Assembly (NCBI GenBank): GCA_017412045.1
Contig: JAFQOX010000128.1
Coordinates: forward strand, 29,012-93,011
DNA: 64,000 nt
Direction: 5' to 3'
DNA from: Clostridia bacterium
Lineage (GTDB): Bacteria > Bacillota > Clostridia > Oscillospirales > CAG-272
This document shows, in pieces, positions 1 to 8,680 of the stretch (the stretch's first letter is position 1; each line of letters begins with the position of its first letter). The notes beneath the pieces were generated by a model. That model was not told the origin of the DNA and ran no database searches. It saw nothing but the letters and a program-made list of their open reading frames with translations. Position numbers and translations under genes: made by a program.

Positions 1-104
1 TTTTTTATCATGCCGTTTACGATCAGCGAACAGAAGAAGAGCGCGAAGAGAACGGCTGACCAGACCGGCACGAAGGCGGTTGATTTTTTGAAAAATTTTT
101 TCAT
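1..104 (-). CDS. N-terminal fragment of a gene running off the left edge; signal/TM-like start (MKKFFKKSTAFVPVWSAVLFALFF...)
   Basis: ATG at 104-102 on minus strand, GGAG (114-117) 9 nt upstream, open to window edge; too short for ORF track. Confidence 0.4.
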   Translation of the reverse strand, partial: MKKFFKKSTAFVPVWSAVLFALFFCSLIVNGMIK

Positions 105-258
105 GATTCAAATCTCCGTTTTTAAGTATTATGATCCATTATAACATGAAGCATCACAGATTTCAAGTTTTTATTTTGAGTAATTTCATATAGGACTTGT
201 AAATTGGCGGGGTATATGTTATACTATATCAGCATTATGATATAACAAGGAGATTTTT

Positions 259-936
259 ATGCATAAAGATCATAGAATGCGGGTAAAAAACAGGTTCCTT
301 TCCGAAGGGTTGGATAGCTTCGAGCCGCATAATGTTTTGGAAATGCTTCTTTTTTATGCGATTCCTCAAAAGGATACCAATGATCTGGCGCACCTTTTGA
401 TCAATCGTTTCGGATCGTTGACGAAGGTTTTTGATGCCTCGTATGAGGAGCTTGTGACCGTCCCGGGAATCAAGGAGCATGCCGCTACCCTGATTAAAAT
501 GATTCCCGCGCTTGCAAGAATGTATTATATCGAGAAAAATCAAACGGGCGAAGCGCTTACCAACGTAGAGGCGTGGGGCAACTATTTTGTCAACCGTTAT
601 ATCGGAATCGAAGTGGAAACGGTGTTTCTTCTTTTGCTGGACAATAAATTCAATATCATCGAATGTGTAAAAATTCATGAAGGATCTGTCAATTCGTCCG
701 CTGTCAGCATCCGAAAGCTGGTGATGACCTCCTGTCTGAAAAATGCTTCCATGGCGGTTATCGCTCATAACCATCCGTCCGGTCTGGCGATCCCCTCACC
801 CGATGATCTGGCGACAACGTATGAAATTTTCAGAACATTTCAAGTGATTGAGGTTCAAATGCTTGCGCATATTCTTGTCGCAGGTGACAAATACGTCAAT
901 ATTCTGGATCCTCAAGCGCGTTCGTACCTCCCGTAA
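259..936 (+). CDS. radC: RadC-family JAB/MPN-domain protein (UPF0758)
   Basis: 225 aa; C-terminal 'AHNHPSG...PSPDD' JAMM-like motif, N-terminal HhH-like region; AGGAG RBS before ATG. Confidence 0.9.
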   Translation: MHKDHRMRVKNRFLSEGLDSFEPHNVLEMLLFYAIPQKDTNDLAHLLINRFGSLTKVFDASYEELVTVPGIKEHAATLIKMIPALARMYYIEKNQTGEALTNVEAWGNYFVNRYIGIEVETVFLLLLDNKFNIIECVKIHEGSVNSSAVSIRKLVMTSCLKNASMAVIAHNHPSGLAIPSPDDLATTYEIFRTFQVIEVQMLAHILVAGDKYVNILDPQARSYLP

Positions 937-979
937 CGGTTCGTCCCGAGCCGAATATTTTTTACCCCAATACGAAAAG

Positions 980-1016
980 ATCCCGGAAGTATATCAGAAA
1001 ACTTCCGGGATTTTTC
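980..1016. terminator. Bidirectional intrinsic terminator between convergent radC and KH-protein genes
   Basis: 11-bp stem atcccggaagt/acttccgggat, followed by TTTTT. Confidence 0.8.
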
Positions 1017-1017
1017 A

Positions 1018-1257
1018 TTATTCAATATCGATTGTAACTTTTTTGCCAGTGCCGTTTGCGGCGGCCTTCATCAACTGACGGATTGCTTTTGCAATCTTGC
1101 CGTGCTTGCCGATGACTTTACCCATATCGCCGGGAGCAACGGAAAGCTTGAGGCTGATGGTGCTTTCACTTTCTTCCGTAACGGTGACAACAACGTCCTC
1201 GGGACTGTCAACAATCGCTCTCGCAATGTTGGCGAGAGTACCCTTGAGATCGGTCAT
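1018..1257 (-). CDS. KH-domain RNA-binding protein (YlqC/UPF0109 family)
   Basis: 79 aa with 'GKVIGKHGKIAKAIR' KH GXXG signature; directly downstream of rpsP as in other Firmicutes. Confidence 0.9.
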   Translation of the reverse strand: MTDLKGTLANIARAIVDSPEDVVVTVTEESESTISLKLSVAPGDMGKVIGKHGKIAKAIRQLMKAAANGTGKKVTIDIE

Positions 1258-1274
1258 ATGCTTCTCTCACCGAA

Positions 1275-1520
1275 TTATTCTGTGATACCGGCTTTTTTGA
1301 GCAAGCTCTTAACGGTTTCCGTGGGCTGAGCGCCGGTGGAGATCCACTTGGTTGCCTTTTCAGAGTCGATCTTGATTTCAACGGGGTTGGTAAGGGGGTT
1401 GTAGTAACCGATTTCTTCGATGAAACGACCGTCACGGGGGTAACGGGAATCTGCAACAACTACGCGGTAAAAGGGAGCTTTCTTAGCGCCGATTCTTTTG
1501 AGTCTGATTTTAACTGCCAT
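1275..1520 (-). CDS. rpsP: 30S ribosomal protein S16
   Basis: 81 aa '[26 protein letters not shown]...' canonical bS16 N-terminus. Confidence 0.97.
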   Translation of the reverse strand: MAVKIRLKRIGAKKAPFYRVVVADSRYPRDGRFIEEIGYYNPLTNPVEIKIDSEKATKWISTGAQPTETVKSLLKKAGITE

Positions 1521-1605
1521 TTTGAGTATCCTCCGAAATAAAATAAATAATTAAAAATTTGATATAATTGTTCAGACGGACGAAGCCGCTGAATGATTAA
1601 CTGTT

Positions 1606-2946
1606 TTAAAAGGGCATTTTGCCGTTGCCGAATTTGGCAAGCTTCTTTGCGCCTTTGGGACCTGTGAATTGCTTCATCATTTTGTTCGTCTGTTCAAACT
1701 GCTTGAGCAAGCGGTTGACTTCCTCGATGGTGGAGCCGGAGCCCTTGGCGATTCGCATTTTGCGGGAATAGTTGATGATATCCGGTTTTTCGCGTTCCGC
1801 GGGTGTCATGGAGAGAATGATCGCTTCCGTTTTCTTGATGATATTTTCATCAAAATTGGCATCCTTGAGCGCGGAGGGGGAAACGCCGGGCATCATGCCG
1901 AGCAGGGATTCCAGAGAGCCCATATTTTTGAGCTGGGACATCTGGTCCAGGTAGTCTGTCAGGGTGAAGCGGGATTTGCGGAGCTTTTCTTCCAGCTCTG
2001 CCGCTTTCTTCATGTCGAAATTCTGCTCTGCTTTCTCGATCAGGGAAAGGATATCGCCCATGCCGAGAATTCTGGAAGCCATACGGTCGGGGTAGAAGGG
2101 CTCGATGGCATCCATTTTTTCGCCCGTACCGATAAACTTGATGGGCTTACCCGTTACGTATTTCACGGAGAGCGCCGCGCCGCCTCGGGTATCGCCGTCC
2201 AGCTTGGTGACGATGACGCCGGTAATATCCAATTTTTCATTGAAGGTCGTAGCGACGTTTACGGCATCCTGACCTGCCATCGCGTCGATGGTAAGAAGAA
2301 TTTCGATCGGCTTGACCTCGGCCTTGATTTCGACGAGCTCTTCCATCATGGCTTCGTCGATCTGCAAACGGCCTGCGGTATCAATAAATACCATATCGTG
2401 ACCGTTCTTGATCGCGTAAGCAAGACCGTTTTTCGCGATCTTGACGGGACTGTGCTTGTCGCTTTCCGCATAGACGGGAACGCCGACCTTTTCGCCGACG
2501 ATCTGGAGCTGCTTGATTGCGGCGGGACGGTATACGTCACAGGCAACCAGCATGGGATTTTTGCCCTGCTTTTTCATCATGGCTGCAAGCTTACCCGTAT
2601 GGGTGGTTTTACCTGCGCCCTGCAAGCCGACCATCATGATGACGGTAGGCGGTTTGGGATCGATTTGTAATTTGGCCTGTGTGCCGCCCATCAGCGCCGT
2701 CAGTTCCTCGTTGACGATTTTGACGACCTGCTGCGCGGGCATGAGGCTTTCCAGCACCTCAGAGCCGACGGCTCTTTCGGTTACCTTACTGACGAATTCA
2801 CGAACGACCTTGAAATTAACGTCCGCTTCCAGAAGCGCGAGCTTGACTGCGCGCATACCTTCTTTTACGTCTTTTTCGGTCAGCGAGCCTTTGTTTTTGA
2901 ATTTTTTAAAGGCGCTGGCGAGTTTTTCCTGTAAATTTTCAAACAT
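1606..2946 (-). CDS. ffh: Signal recognition particle protein Ffh
   Basis: ORF-track frame trimmed to ATG 2946 (MFENLQEKL...); GTPase motifs GLQGAGKTT, DTAGR, TKLDGD; Met-rich M domain. Confidence 0.97.
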   Translation of the reverse strand: MFENLQEKLASAFKKFKNKGSLTEKDVKEGMRAVKLALLEADVNFKVVREFVSKVTERAVGSEVLESLMPAQQVVKIVNEELTALMGGTQAKLQIDPKPPTVIMMVGLQGAGKTTHTGKLAAMMKKQGKNPMLVACDVYRPAAIKQLQIVGEKVGVPVYAESDKHSPVKIAKNGLAYAIKNGHDMVFIDTAGRLQIDEAMMEELVEIKAEVKPIEILLTIDAMAGQDAVNVATTFNEKLDITGVIVTKLDGDTRGGAALSVKYVTGKPIKFIGTGEKMDAIEPFYPDRMASRILGMGDILSLIEKAEQNFDMKKAAELEEKLRKSRFTLTDYLDQMSQLKNMGSLESLLGMMPGVSPSALKDANFDENIIKKTEAIILSMTPAEREKPDIINYSRKMRIAKGSGSTIEEVNRLLKQFEQTNKMMKQFTGPKGAKKLAKFGNGKMPF

Positions 2947-2986
2947 GAGTGCCTCCTTTTCTGCGGGGATTCCGCTTTGGTGAGGT

Positions 2987-3334
2987 TTATAGGGAGATGG
3001 CTCCGAAAAGCTCCGCAACGTGATCGAGGTCCGTTGCCGCTTCGGGGTACTTGGCTTTGAGTGCGTGCAGAAGCGATTCCGCTTCCGCGGATTTTTGTCC
3101 GATCCGATGAAATTTATCCGCAAGACCGAGCTTTTCCTCATACGTTTGCAGGGTCTCTTCGGCGCGCTTGATGCTGTCGCGGACGCCCTGCCTGGTGATT
3201 CCCGTATTTTCTGCGATCTCGGAAAGAGAAAGGTCATCGTTATAATAATAATCGAACATGGTTTTCTGTGTTGCGGTGAGAAGCTCGCCGTAAAAATCGA
3301 AAAGCATGATCAGTCGAAGGTCTTTCACGAACAT
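2987..3334 (-). CDS. ylxM: YlxM/p13-like putative HTH protein (UPF0122) upstream of ffh
   Basis: 115 aa 'LFDFYGELLTATQK...LSLSEIAENTGITRQGV' sigma-70 region-4-like HTH; conserved ylxM-ffh pairing. Confidence 0.9.
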   Translation of the reverse strand: MFVKDLRLIMLFDFYGELLTATQKTMFDYYYNDDLSLSEIAENTGITRQGVRDSIKRAEETLQTYEEKLGLADKFHRIGQKSAEAESLLHALKAKYPEAATDLDHVAELFGAISL

Positions 3335-3380
3335 TTCTTTTGCCTCCGGTTATTCATCTGTAAAGTTCACAGCTTTACAG

Positions 3381-3409
3381 AGTATAGCATGAAAAAGCGG
3401 ATTTGTCAA
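3381..3409 (-). promoter_or_regulatory. Sigma-A-type promoter for ylxM-ffh
   Basis: minus strand TTGACA (3409-3404) - 17 nt - TATACT (3386-3381). Confidence 0.65.
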
Positions 3410-3480
3410 TATATTTTTAAAATTTTCTGCGGTGAAACAAAAATATTTTTGATTGTTTCGAAGTTTTTTTGATTTTTGTA

Positions 3481-3509
3481 TTGACAAAACGATTTTTTTG
3501 TGATATGCT
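3481..3509 (+). promoter_or_regulatory. Sigma-A-type promoter for tRNA-Glu
   Basis: TTGACA (3481-3486) - 17 nt - TATGCT (3504-3509) with TG extension at 3501-3502. Confidence 0.6.
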
Positions 3510-3526
3510 TGGAAAGTAAGTTAAAT

Positions 3527-3601
3527 GGCCCGGTGGTCAAGCGGCTAAGACACCGCCCTTTCACGGCGGTAACACGGGTTCGATTCCCGTCCGGGTCACC
3601 A
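3527..3601 (+). tRNA. tRNA-Glu (anticodon UUC), CCA encoded
   Basis: 75 nt; acceptor GGCCCGG/CCGGGTC, anticodon loop CTTTCAC, T-arm GGTTCGATTCC, 3' ACCA. Confidence 0.93.
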
Positions 3602-3608
3602 AACGTAA

Positions 3609-3656
3609 CAAATCCGAACTATTTCGTCGATCGACATTGGTTCGGATTTGTTTTTT
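3609..3656 (+). terminator. Intrinsic terminator after tRNA-Glu
   Basis: stem caaatccgaac/gttcggatttg followed by TTTTTT. Confidence 0.85.
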
Positions 3657-3685
3657 ACTACAATTATTCAAATTAATACTTAATG

Positions 3686-3732
3686 CACCGCCGAGAGCGT
3701 TCGACCGTAACGGTCGATTACTCTCGGCGGTG
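3686..3732 (-). terminator. Long composite hairpin downstream of the lipoprotein gene
   Basis: caccgccgagag..tcgaccg-taa-cggtcga..ctctcggcggtg, 19 bp in two helices; no clean U-tract. Confidence 0.55.
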
Positions 3733-3751
3733 TTATAATACGATAAAAATT

Positions 3752-5038
3752 TTACTTATACAAGTATGTTAACCAGTCTGTCTTTAAATCATCATAACCT
3801 TTGCCAAAAGCGGCTTCAATGTCTTGAGAGCGATAAGCTTCAAGCACTTTTTCGATACCGTATGTATCTGCAAGATAGAGGACAAGGGATGTTGCTTGCT
3901 CGTAGGAAAGCTCATTTCCAACAGCGTTGCAATCGGTTTGTTCAACAATCTTATAGGCATCTCCCAGGGTTTTATATGTGTTTGCGTCCAATTCCGCTCT
4001 TGCTTGTACATCGCTATATAAACGGAAATCAAAGGTATCCACAGAATCTATTTTTCCGCCACGAGCGATGTAATCCTCATATACCTTTTTATAAAGAACG
4101 TACTGTTCATTTCCATCAAAATATCCTTGTTTTGCCATTGTGAAGATCTGTATACAGGATGCGGCAATCTGATCGTTGAATCCGAGTGATGTACCAAAAT
4201 AATTACAAATCCCCTCGCTTAGCCAAATGTTATTGTTCTTGGTGATACCCATTGCGTGGACGGCTTCGTGCAGCGTTGAAGACGAATCGTTTATATACAT
4301 ATTCCCATTGGAAGAAAGAGTTTTACTGTACCCGCTTCCGTCAAAGGTCATATAGTAATTAAACTTTCTTTCGGTATCAAGTCCTTCATTCAGATTGTTG
4401 GATTTCAAATACTCGATCATTTCCAACAATCCTGTTGTGCTGTAATAAAGTAAACTATGATATTGCGAGGGACTGCCGGCACTGAAATCTTTAAAATAGT
4501 AGGTTATATTTCCGAAGGATATGATGTACTTATATGTTGCGTTAGAAGAAAAATCCATCGAAGCAAGGAATACTTCTATTTCCGGCGCATTGATATATTC
4601 AATCTCCGATCCGAGAGATTTGAGATACGCGGATTTGTATTCGCAACGCTTATCTAAATCCAACAGCGCTTCAACGCCGTATTCGTTGTAGATAAAAGCA
4701 AACAGGGCTTCCGCTACGGGAACGGATTTTTCCTTATCATATGTAAAAAAGTGATCATACAACGTGAGATAGGTCATATTGTTACGATCTGAGAAAAATT
4801 CTTTCAGATTTTCGACTTGTTTTCCGCTCTCAAATGCTGCAAGACCGTAGGAAATCCATTCTTCATTGCTTGCGCGAAGCGATTCAAAAGGATCGACAGG
4901 CTTTTCGGGCGGTATTTCGGTTGTGCTATCTGAATTTGGAGGTTCTGTATTTTGCGGCAGGTCGGGAGTGCTTGTGCATGAACCAAGCAACATTGCTGCC
5001 AGCAAGAAAATGGCTATGAGAAAAATTTTAGTTTTCAT
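3752..5038 (-). CDS. Lipoprotein with gluzincin (peptidase_MA-like) HExxH...E signature
   Basis: 428 aa; signal + lipobox 'LLGSC'; 'LHEAVHAM...WLSEGICNYF'; AGAGG RBS; visibly A+T-rich. Confidence 0.8.
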   Translation of the reverse strand: MKTKIFLIAIFLLAAMLLGSCTSTPDLPQNTEPPNSDSTTEIPPEKPVDPFESLRASNEEWISYGLAAFESGKQVENLKEFFSDRNNMTYLTLYDHFFTYDKEKSVPVAEALFAFIYNEYGVEALLDLDKRCEYKSAYLKSLGSEIEYINAPEIEVFLASMDFSSNATYKYIISFGNITYYFKDFSAGSPSQYHSLLYYSTTGLLEMIEYLKSNNLNEGLDTERKFNYYMTFDGSGYSKTLSSNGNMYINDSSSTLHEAVHAMGITKNNNIWLSEGICNYFGTSLGFNDQIAASCIQIFTMAKQGYFDGNEQYVLYKKVYEDYIARGGKIDSVDTFDFRLYSDVQARAELDANTYKTLGDAYKIVEQTDCNAVGNELSYEQATSLVLYLADTYGIEKVLEAYRSQDIEAAFGKGYDDLKTDWLTYLYK

Positions 5039-5084
5039 TGATTATACCTCTTGTATCTTTGTTTTTCCGTTATCGAACAAGTCT

Positions 5085-5113
5085 ATTATATCAGCCCGAT
5101 CCGGCGTTTTCAA
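5085..5113 (-). promoter_or_regulatory. Sigma-A-type promoter for the lipoprotein gene
   Basis: minus strand TTGAAA (5113-5108) - 17 nt - TATAAT (5090-5085), TG-extended. Confidence 0.6.
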
Positions 5114-5312
5114 CAGATCGGGATAAAAGCTCCGTATTCGGGATAAACGGTTCAGCCGACTATACCTGAAGTCCTTGCGGACTCTTTCGCCCCCTTAGTA
5201 ACAGACGTCAAAGCGCTCCTTTCAGTTTGGTAAAAGTTATCTTTTCAGCTTGTATTTCGATGCTTTCTGTCAAAAAACGAATCGTCAGCCTTGGATTAAG
5301 ACAAATCGGAAT

Positions 5313-5903
5313 TTATGATTCCTTCAAGTTGCCTTTCTTGATATTCTTTTTGATAATTTCGTCGGTTATCTCGAACAAGCGATCCGAACCCAATTTCGTT
5401 TTACTTTGCCTTCCATAGATCTGCTCCACCGTAACATTATGCTCTCGCCAATCGCCGCCGTTGTTGCTGTCATTCAAAATGAGCGGTTGGATGTTATCCA
5501 TTACGTGAGCAAATTTTGATTCGGGCGTTTCGTATGCCTCAAATTCATCAAATATTTCAATAAACTCTCGTGCCTGTTCTTCGGGCAATATGGAAAAAAT
5601 TCTTTCTTTCGCTACATCCTCGCGCGCCTTTTGCGTTTTCAGGCTTTCCGCATCATACGCATAGGTATCTCCGGCATCAATCTCTACGATGTCGTGAATT
5701 AAGCACATAAGCATTACCTTAGCGATATCGATCTCCTCATTTGCATACTCTTTTAAAAGATATGCCATAACTGCCATATGCCAAGAATGCTCGGCATCGT
5801 TTTCGTTTCTGCCGTGAGCCGATAAATGCGTTTGCCGGAATATGTTTTTTACTTTGTCGATTTCCAAGGAAAACGCCAACTGTTTCTCTATGCGATCATC
5901 CAT
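5313..5903 (-). CDS. HD-domain phosphohydrolase (YfbR-type 5'-nucleotidase-like)
   Basis: start moved to ATG 5903 (MDDRIEKQ..., GGAGG RBS); 'DAEHSWH...LIHDIVEIDAGD' HD motifs. Confidence 0.85.
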   Translation of the reverse strand: MDDRIEKQLAFSLEIDKVKNIFRQTHLSAHGRNENDAEHSWHMAVMAYLLKEYANEEIDIAKVMLMCLIHDIVEIDAGDTYAYDAESLKTQKAREDVAKERIFSILPEEQAREFIEIFDEFEAYETPESKFAHVMDNIQPLILNDSNNGGDWREHNVTVEQIYGRQSKTKLGSDRLFEITDEIIKKNIKKGNLKES

Positions 5904-5922
5904 AAAAATACCTCCGTAATTC

Positions 5923-6855
5923 TTATTTTTTGTTCTCAAAAACCTTTTTCATAAATTCAATTCTCGCCGCAAGCGCCGCTTTTGTGGTCTGTGCTTTTTG
6001 CATAATGTCAAAGCCGTGCATCGTGCCTTTGGTCTCGTTGAGCGCAACCGCGATGCCCGCCTCCCGAAGCTTTTCGGCGTACAGGATGCCATCATCGTGG
6101 AGACAATCGAACTCAGCCGTTTCAATATAAGCGGGGGGCAACCCTTCAAAGCTCTCGGCTTCTACGGGCGAATAGTAAACGTAATCGGAGCGGCTTCTGT
6201 CAGCCTTCGTCATGGGCGCAATACGGCTTGACAGTGTAGAGTTCCACATGGGTGTATCGGTGAATCTCTTACAGGACTCGCTGTTGTTCCGCGCGTCGAG
6301 ATAGGGGTACGGAAGCATTTGAAAGTCAATTTTTACGGGATGCTTTCTGTCCCTTGCCATCATGCAAACGCCGACCGCGAGCGTTGAGCCTGCGCTGTCA
6401 CCGCCGATACCGATGCGGGATCTGTCGATGCCGAGGGCTTCTGCGTTGTCGTATACCCGGCACATCGCGGCGTAGCAATCCTCAAAGAATACGGGATGAG
6501 GGTTTTGCGGAGCGAGTCGGTAATTCACAAATACGACCTTGCAGCCCACCTCTTTGGCATAACGCATGGCGTTCTTGTAGTGATAGCCTGCCGCCGCCAG
6601 CACGAATCCGCCGCCGTGAAGGTAGATGAGACACGGGGCGTTATCTCCCAATAACTTGGGCGACATCAGAAAGCACTCGATCTTCTCACCGTCGTAGCTT
6701 TCGATCTCGTGGCGGCTCACGTCAACCTCTTTATCCCTCCATATGGATTTCGGCGTTTTCATATGCGGTACAGCCATAGCAAGAAATTTCTCGCTGATGG
6801 GCGGCGTGAAATGTGAAAACGGAAAGAATTCTCTTTTGATTTGATATTTAGCCAT
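5923..6855 (-). CDS. Alpha/beta hydrolase, HSL-family carboxylesterase/deacetylase
   Basis: 310 aa; oxyanion 'LHGGGF' and nucleophile elbow 'GDSAGS'. Confidence 0.88.
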   Translation of the reverse strand: MAKYQIKREFFPFSHFTPPISEKFLAMAVPHMKTPKSIWRDKEVDVSRHEIESYDGEKIECFLMSPKLLGDNAPCLIYLHGGGFVLAAAGYHYKNAMRYAKEVGCKVVFVNYRLAPQNPHPVFFEDCYAAMCRVYDNAEALGIDRSRIGIGGDSAGSTLAVGVCMMARDRKHPVKIDFQMLPYPYLDARNNSESCKRFTDTPMWNSTLSSRIAPMTKADRSRSDYVYYSPVEAESFEGLPPAYIETAEFDCLHDDGILYAEKLREAGIAVALNETKGTMHGFDIMQKAQTTKAALAARIEFMKKVFENKK

Positions 6856-6861
6856 ATATTT

Positions 6862-8385
6862 TTACCCCCATAACATAGACAGACAGAGAATCATCGCTGT
6901 CGCCGCAGGAACCGTAACGGTGTCCCATCCGCCCTTGGTGAACAGCTCGGTGAGAGACGCGACGGGTGCAACGATCAAAGCAAAAATCACCGATACGTAC
7001 CAAGGAAGCGCGGACATAAACAGAAGCACGGGCAACAGGCAAACGAATGACGCAATTGCCATACCTATACTGCCCTCGACAGACTTTATTCCTTCGATAT
7101 GCTTGCCTTGAAGCTTATGCTTGCCCCTTTGCTTTCCGACGATGGCGGCAACTGCATCTCCCGGACCCCAAGCCATAATCGCGCCGACCGCGATGTAGAG
7201 ACGTTCTGCGCCGAAGCCGCCCCAGAAGATCGTGATCAACGCCGTCATCAGTCCGAAGAGCCCGACAAAGCTGAATATTACCTCGTGTTTACCCTTTTCC
7301 ACAAACAGCTTTCCATAAAATGAGAAATGCTCGAAAAACTGCAACGCCACGATAACAAGGAGAAGAAAGAGCACCTCAACCGCAACGGCTATCCACCAAA
7401 TATCCGTAGAAAGCACGAGCGGAAGGATGGATGTGAACGCTACGAAATGAAGGAGCTTTCTGAAAATGTAGTCGGGTATCTTGGTGGTAAAGCGAACCGC
7501 GATCAGTACGGCGGCAAGCGCCGCGATATAGCCTACGTAAATGCCGAGAACCTTCAGATATTCAAGCAATAGAACGGTATCAATCTTATCAAGATTATTG
7601 ATTACAATCATGGCAAGACCGAGCACGAGCAAGATCGCGCCCGTTACGTAGCCAACGATCTTGCCCTTGACTCGATTCGCAAACCTTGCGCTGACGAGCG
7701 AAAAGAAGGTGGCGATCACGATGGCGATCAGCAAGAAATCCCAACATTCAAAAATGATGGTCGGTTCAATGAGTATGTGACTGACCGAAGCGATCAGAGC
7801 CGTGAACGTCATAATAAAGGTGGACGTTCCAACGGCGGTCTTTCGGTCGTAGCCGAGCATGGCAGTAAATACGATCAGCATCATCATACCGCCACCCGTA
7901 CCAAAGAAGCCCGTGCCAAAGCCGATGGTAAGCCCAAAGAACAAAGACACCGCGATCTCCTTTGCCGTAAGCTTTACCTTGCCATCCTTTTCGGGACGCT
8001 CCTTGGAATCGGGGCTGACCAGGAAGCGGATGCCGATCGCCACGCAAAGAAGGAGTGAAAATCCGCCGAGCACGTTTTGATGCGTAAAGTAAGCGGCAAT
8101 CGAGCCAATGGTGCACATACCGATGATGCAAGCCGCCATCAGCCAACCGTGGCGAAGGTCAATTTTTTTATTTTTGGCATACACGCCTGTTGTGACCGCC
8201 GAGCCGAGAATATCGCTGGCGAGCGCAATCGCCGTTGCCATATATGCGCCATGCTCTCCGCCAAACGTGGGGCACAAAACGATCATCAGCGGCACCATTG
8301 CGGTCGCCGCGCTCAGCCCTACAAGACCTGTGCCTATTCCTGCGAGGGCAGAGGCAATTGCGACTACTATATATTCATATCCCAT
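6862..8385 (-). CDS. Fusion protein: TauE/SafE-family anion exporter (N) + COG0170-type polyprenol/dolichol/phytol kinase-like domain (C)
   Basis: start at ATG 8385 (MGYEYIVV, AGGAG RBS). N half resembles the TauE paralog at 43931; C half has 'GDAVAAIVGKQRGKHK...KSVEGSIGM'. Confidence 0.75.
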   Translation of the reverse strand: MGYEYIVVAIASALAGIGTGLVGLSAATAMVPLMIVLCPTFGGEHGAYMATAIALASDILGSAVTTGVYAKNKKIDLRHGWLMAACIIGMCTIGSIAAYFTHQNVLGGFSLLLCVAIGIRFLVSPDSKERPEKDGKVKLTAKEIAVSLFFGLTIGFGTGFFGTGGGMMMLIVFTAMLGYDRKTAVGTSTFIMTFTALIASVSHILIEPTIIFECWDFLLIAIVIATFFSLVSARFANRVKGKIVGYVTGAILLVLGLAMIVINNLDKIDTVLLLEYLKVLGIYVGYIAALAAVLIAVRFTTKIPDYIFRKLLHFVAFTSILPLVLSTDIWWIAVAVEVLFLLLVIVALQFFEHFSFYGKLFVEKGKHEVIFSFVGLFGLMTALITIFWGGFGAERLYIAVGAIMAWGPGDAVAAIVGKQRGKHKLQGKHIEGIKSVEGSIGMAIASFVCLLPVLLFMSALPWYVSVIFALIVAPVASLTELFTKGGWDTVTVPAATAMILCLSMLWG

Positions 8386-8620
8386 TTTGAATCTCCTAAA
8401 AACAAACACGAAAATATTTCGGGAAATCTCGTTGTATGAAAGGCAGGACCGAAAAGTCTTGCTTATTGATTTCATAGGAATTTGCGCAAAATCGACCTTG
8501 CCGTTTTGCATTTTTATAATGCAAACAAAGCGTGGATAGGCTAAGCACACCGAAATGCCGTGCAGTTCGGTTTCCTGCGGCGTTGCCCGGTTTTTATTAC
8601 TTGGGAATTCGATCCGTACG

Positions 8621-8654
8621 GAAAAAGGAGCAAAGAGAATGGCTCCTTGCTCCT
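8621..8654 (-). terminator. Intrinsic terminator after ilvE
   Basis: minus strand aggagcaa/ttgctcct stem followed by TTTTT. Confidence 0.75.
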
Positions 8655-8680
8655 ATATGACATATGTTGGATCAAAAAAC

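Noticed and set aside
2947-3237. N-terminal extensions offered by the ORF track for ffh (to 3237). Similar extensions are offered for the fusion gene (to 8550), anti-sigma (to 26453), lspA (to 29474), the DivIVA-domain protein (to 30274), DUF1836 (to 24560), lexA (from 40732) and scpB (from 50861).
   Set aside because: In each case an internal ATG, GTG or TTG with a good Shine-Dalgarno matches the conserved family N-terminus. The extension is basic or low-complexity and overlaps the upstream gene or its promoter.
3602-5312. Integrated element at tRNA-Glu: a search for an att-like direct repeat of the tRNA 3' end and for an integrase.
   Set aside because: No copy of the tRNA 3' segment (ggttcgattcccgtccgggtcacca) or a substantial part of it is visible in 3602-5920, and there is no recombinase gene. 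Only the compositional anomaly remains, and that is reported as a finding.
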